The notes below the pieces were generated by a model. It saw nothing but the letters and a program-made list of their open reading frames with translations. It did not search any database and was not told the DNA's origin. From Chiloscyllium plagiosum (taxonomy: Eukaryota): a stretch of 64,000 bases of DNA. The position numbers and the translations under genes are program-made. The stretch lies in contig NC_057751.1 in the NCBI RefSeq assembly GCF_004010195.1, positions 18,353,185 through 18,417,184 of the forward strand, in the 5' to 3' direction. This document shows, one piece after another, positions 61,996-64,000 of the stretch. Numbering within the stretch: the stretch's first letter is position 1; the number at the start of each line of letters is the position of its first letter.

Positions 61996-63434
61996 TGAAA
62001 AATTACTTTGGTGTGAGTGTTTTCAGCGACAACAAAGGTCCTCTACAGTCCAAATGTTACAGTGAAGAAGCAGGACATACTCAGACCGTACTCTGTGTTA
62101 AACTTTGCTTGAAATTTATCTATATTACTGTTAATGCTATGTTGTTTAATTTTGTGCATGCCTGAGAGTATTTCGGATTTGTGGAAGGCGAAAAAAAGGA
62201 AACACCAGTCATAAATTAACGTAAGTTCAGAAGAAACTAACGTTGAGAAAGTGCCGTGACAGAATTTGATCGGGAAGAAGACAGGAGGCACGTAGCTATG
62301 TAGATATGTGTAGAGCGAGCAAGATTGGCAAGAGATTCGGAGAGAGCGAATGATGAAAAGATGATAGGGATACAGTGTAAAGAGACAGGGGAGGAAATAG
62401 CTGTGGTTGGGAGGGGTGACTGAGTTTCACAAAGTTGAGACGGCGATGCGAAATCACAGTTTGGAGTTTGTAAGATAGAGTGACGGTGAGGGAGAGAGAA
62501 TAAATGAGAGGAGACGTGGAGATGAAGATGTACTCAGATAGGAGGTGTAGCTGTGCAACAAATAAATCATTCACAGAAAATCGTTAGAGAATTTATGTTT
62601 CTTTTTGCTGTCAGAATGCTATCTGATTGATTTATATTTCAGGTTGGCCTCGCTCCCTCTAACTTTTTCCTTTCAGTATTTCTCTTCCACCAATTTGTTG
62701 CCATTCAGAACTTCGAAACTGCCTCTGTGATCAAAATAGAATCATTTCTTCACACCCAGGATTTTGAAACACCCTTAAAAGTTTGTTCCCACGGAAATTG
62801 AGAAAGCGCAAGTCTGTTGGGCTGTAATGTAATTGAATTCTACAAATCAGTCTTGTGGAATTATTAAATTTGCTTTGCACCCATGGTTACTTCGTCAATA
62901 ATATCAGTGGACAACGAGTTTGATGATTGAAATGGATCTTGAAGCATTTACTGGATATTAGATTTACTGAAACACTGCTACAATATTTCCCATCGCATAC
63001 CTATTTTCAGGCAAGCGAATTGTAAGTAAACGTGATGGCACAGTGGTAGCACAACTGATATGGTAATTGCAGAGTCTCTGACTGTGTCGGCATAGGTTCA
63101 AATCCCATTGCTGCGGGGTTAATTTGATTTCAATAATTAAATAAAGTTTCAAGCATACTCAAAAACATGTCTCCTTTAGTGAAGGAAATCAGTTGGCCAA
63201 TATGTGACTTCAGAAACGTGCTTCATTGTTAACTATCTTCAAAGAATTTCAAGTGACCAACAAAAGCTGGCACATGGTGATTTTCAATGCATGAAATATT
63301 AAGGAAAGACTTATTCTGTACATCTATTATTCCGAACTAGCTGCTTATGTCAAATTGTGTTCATTTCAGTTTCATAAAGCTTCCTTTCTTTGCAAATGGC
63401 ATGTTCAGTCCAAACGTCTTACAAGTTATACAGC

Positions 63435-64000
63435 CATAGAGTCATAGAGATGCACAGCATGGAAACAGGCCCTTCAGTCCAACCCGTCCATACCGACTAG
63501 ACATCCCAACACAATCTAGTTCCACCTGCCTGCACCCGGCCCTTATCCCTCCAAACTTATCCTGTTTATATACCCGTCCAAATGCCTCTTAAATGTTGCA
63601 ATTTTACCAGCATCCAATACTTCCTCTGGCAGCTCATTCCATACATGTACCACCCTCTGTGTGGAAAAAGTTGTGCCATAGATCTCTTTATATCTTTTCC
63701 CTCTCACCCTGAACCCATGCCCTATAGTTCATGACTCCCCGCCCCAGGGAAGACTTTGCCTATTTCGCCTATTCCCCTCATAATTTGTAAATATATATAA
63801 GGTCACCCCTCAGCCTCCGACACTCTAGGGAAAACAGCCCCAGCCTGTTCAGCATCTCGCTATAGTTCAAATCCTCCAAACCTGGCAACATCCTTGTAAA
63901 TCTTTTCTGAACCCTTTCAAGATTCACAACATCTTTCTGATAGGAAGTAGACCAGTGGCCTAACCAATGTCCTGCACCCCCGCAACATGACCTCCCAACT
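63435..64000 (-). mobile_element. CR1 LINE 3' end (continues past the window)
   Basis: CATAGAGTCATAGAG tail, GGAAACAGGCCCTTCAGTCC, CCTGGCAACATCCTTGTAAATCTTTTCTGAACCCTTTC (antisense of ERVQKRFTRMLPG). Confidence 0.9.

Noticed and set aside
62280..62560. Purine-rich stretch as coding or regulatory element
   Set aside because: Low-complexity GA-rich sequence with no motif support.
1..64000. Most ORFs in the six-frame track as host genes
   Set aside because: They are short, often start at non-ATG codons, and are fragments, alternate frames or antisense of CR1, Penelope, gypsy or SINE sequence.

Overview
Eukaryotic, repeat-dominated vertebrate DNA. It is very likely a shark, possibly orectolobiform; this is inferred from HE1-type tRNA-derived SINEs, CR1 LINEs and GPR139-like receptor sequence. 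No complete intact protein-coding gene lies in the window. It contains: (i) many nested, mostly decayed CR1 LINEs; (ii) relics of a Gmr1-like Ty3/gypsy retrotransposon with integrase upstream of RT, a tRNA-Pro PBS and several LTR pieces; (iii) Penelope-like elements (RT + GIY-YIG) of at least two families, plus short non-autonomous derivatives that carry minimal hammerhead-ribozyme (HHR) cores, often form inverted or palindromic structures, and in four cases have 12-14 bp target-site duplications (TSDs); (iv) a GPR139-like class A GPCR pseudo-exon (26190-27096) and an intact-looking first coding exon of a paralog (60748-60817); (v) tandem/segmental duplications, two near-perfect long palindromes and a decayed ~22-bp minisatellite. 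The most interesting signal is the HHR-bearing Penelope system, including a perfect 185-bp palindrome with an HHR core on each strand and a composite insertion that encloses LTR sequence. Empty sites for both are visible in a nearby paralogous segment. Boundaries of decayed repeats are approximate (by eye, no alignment run).
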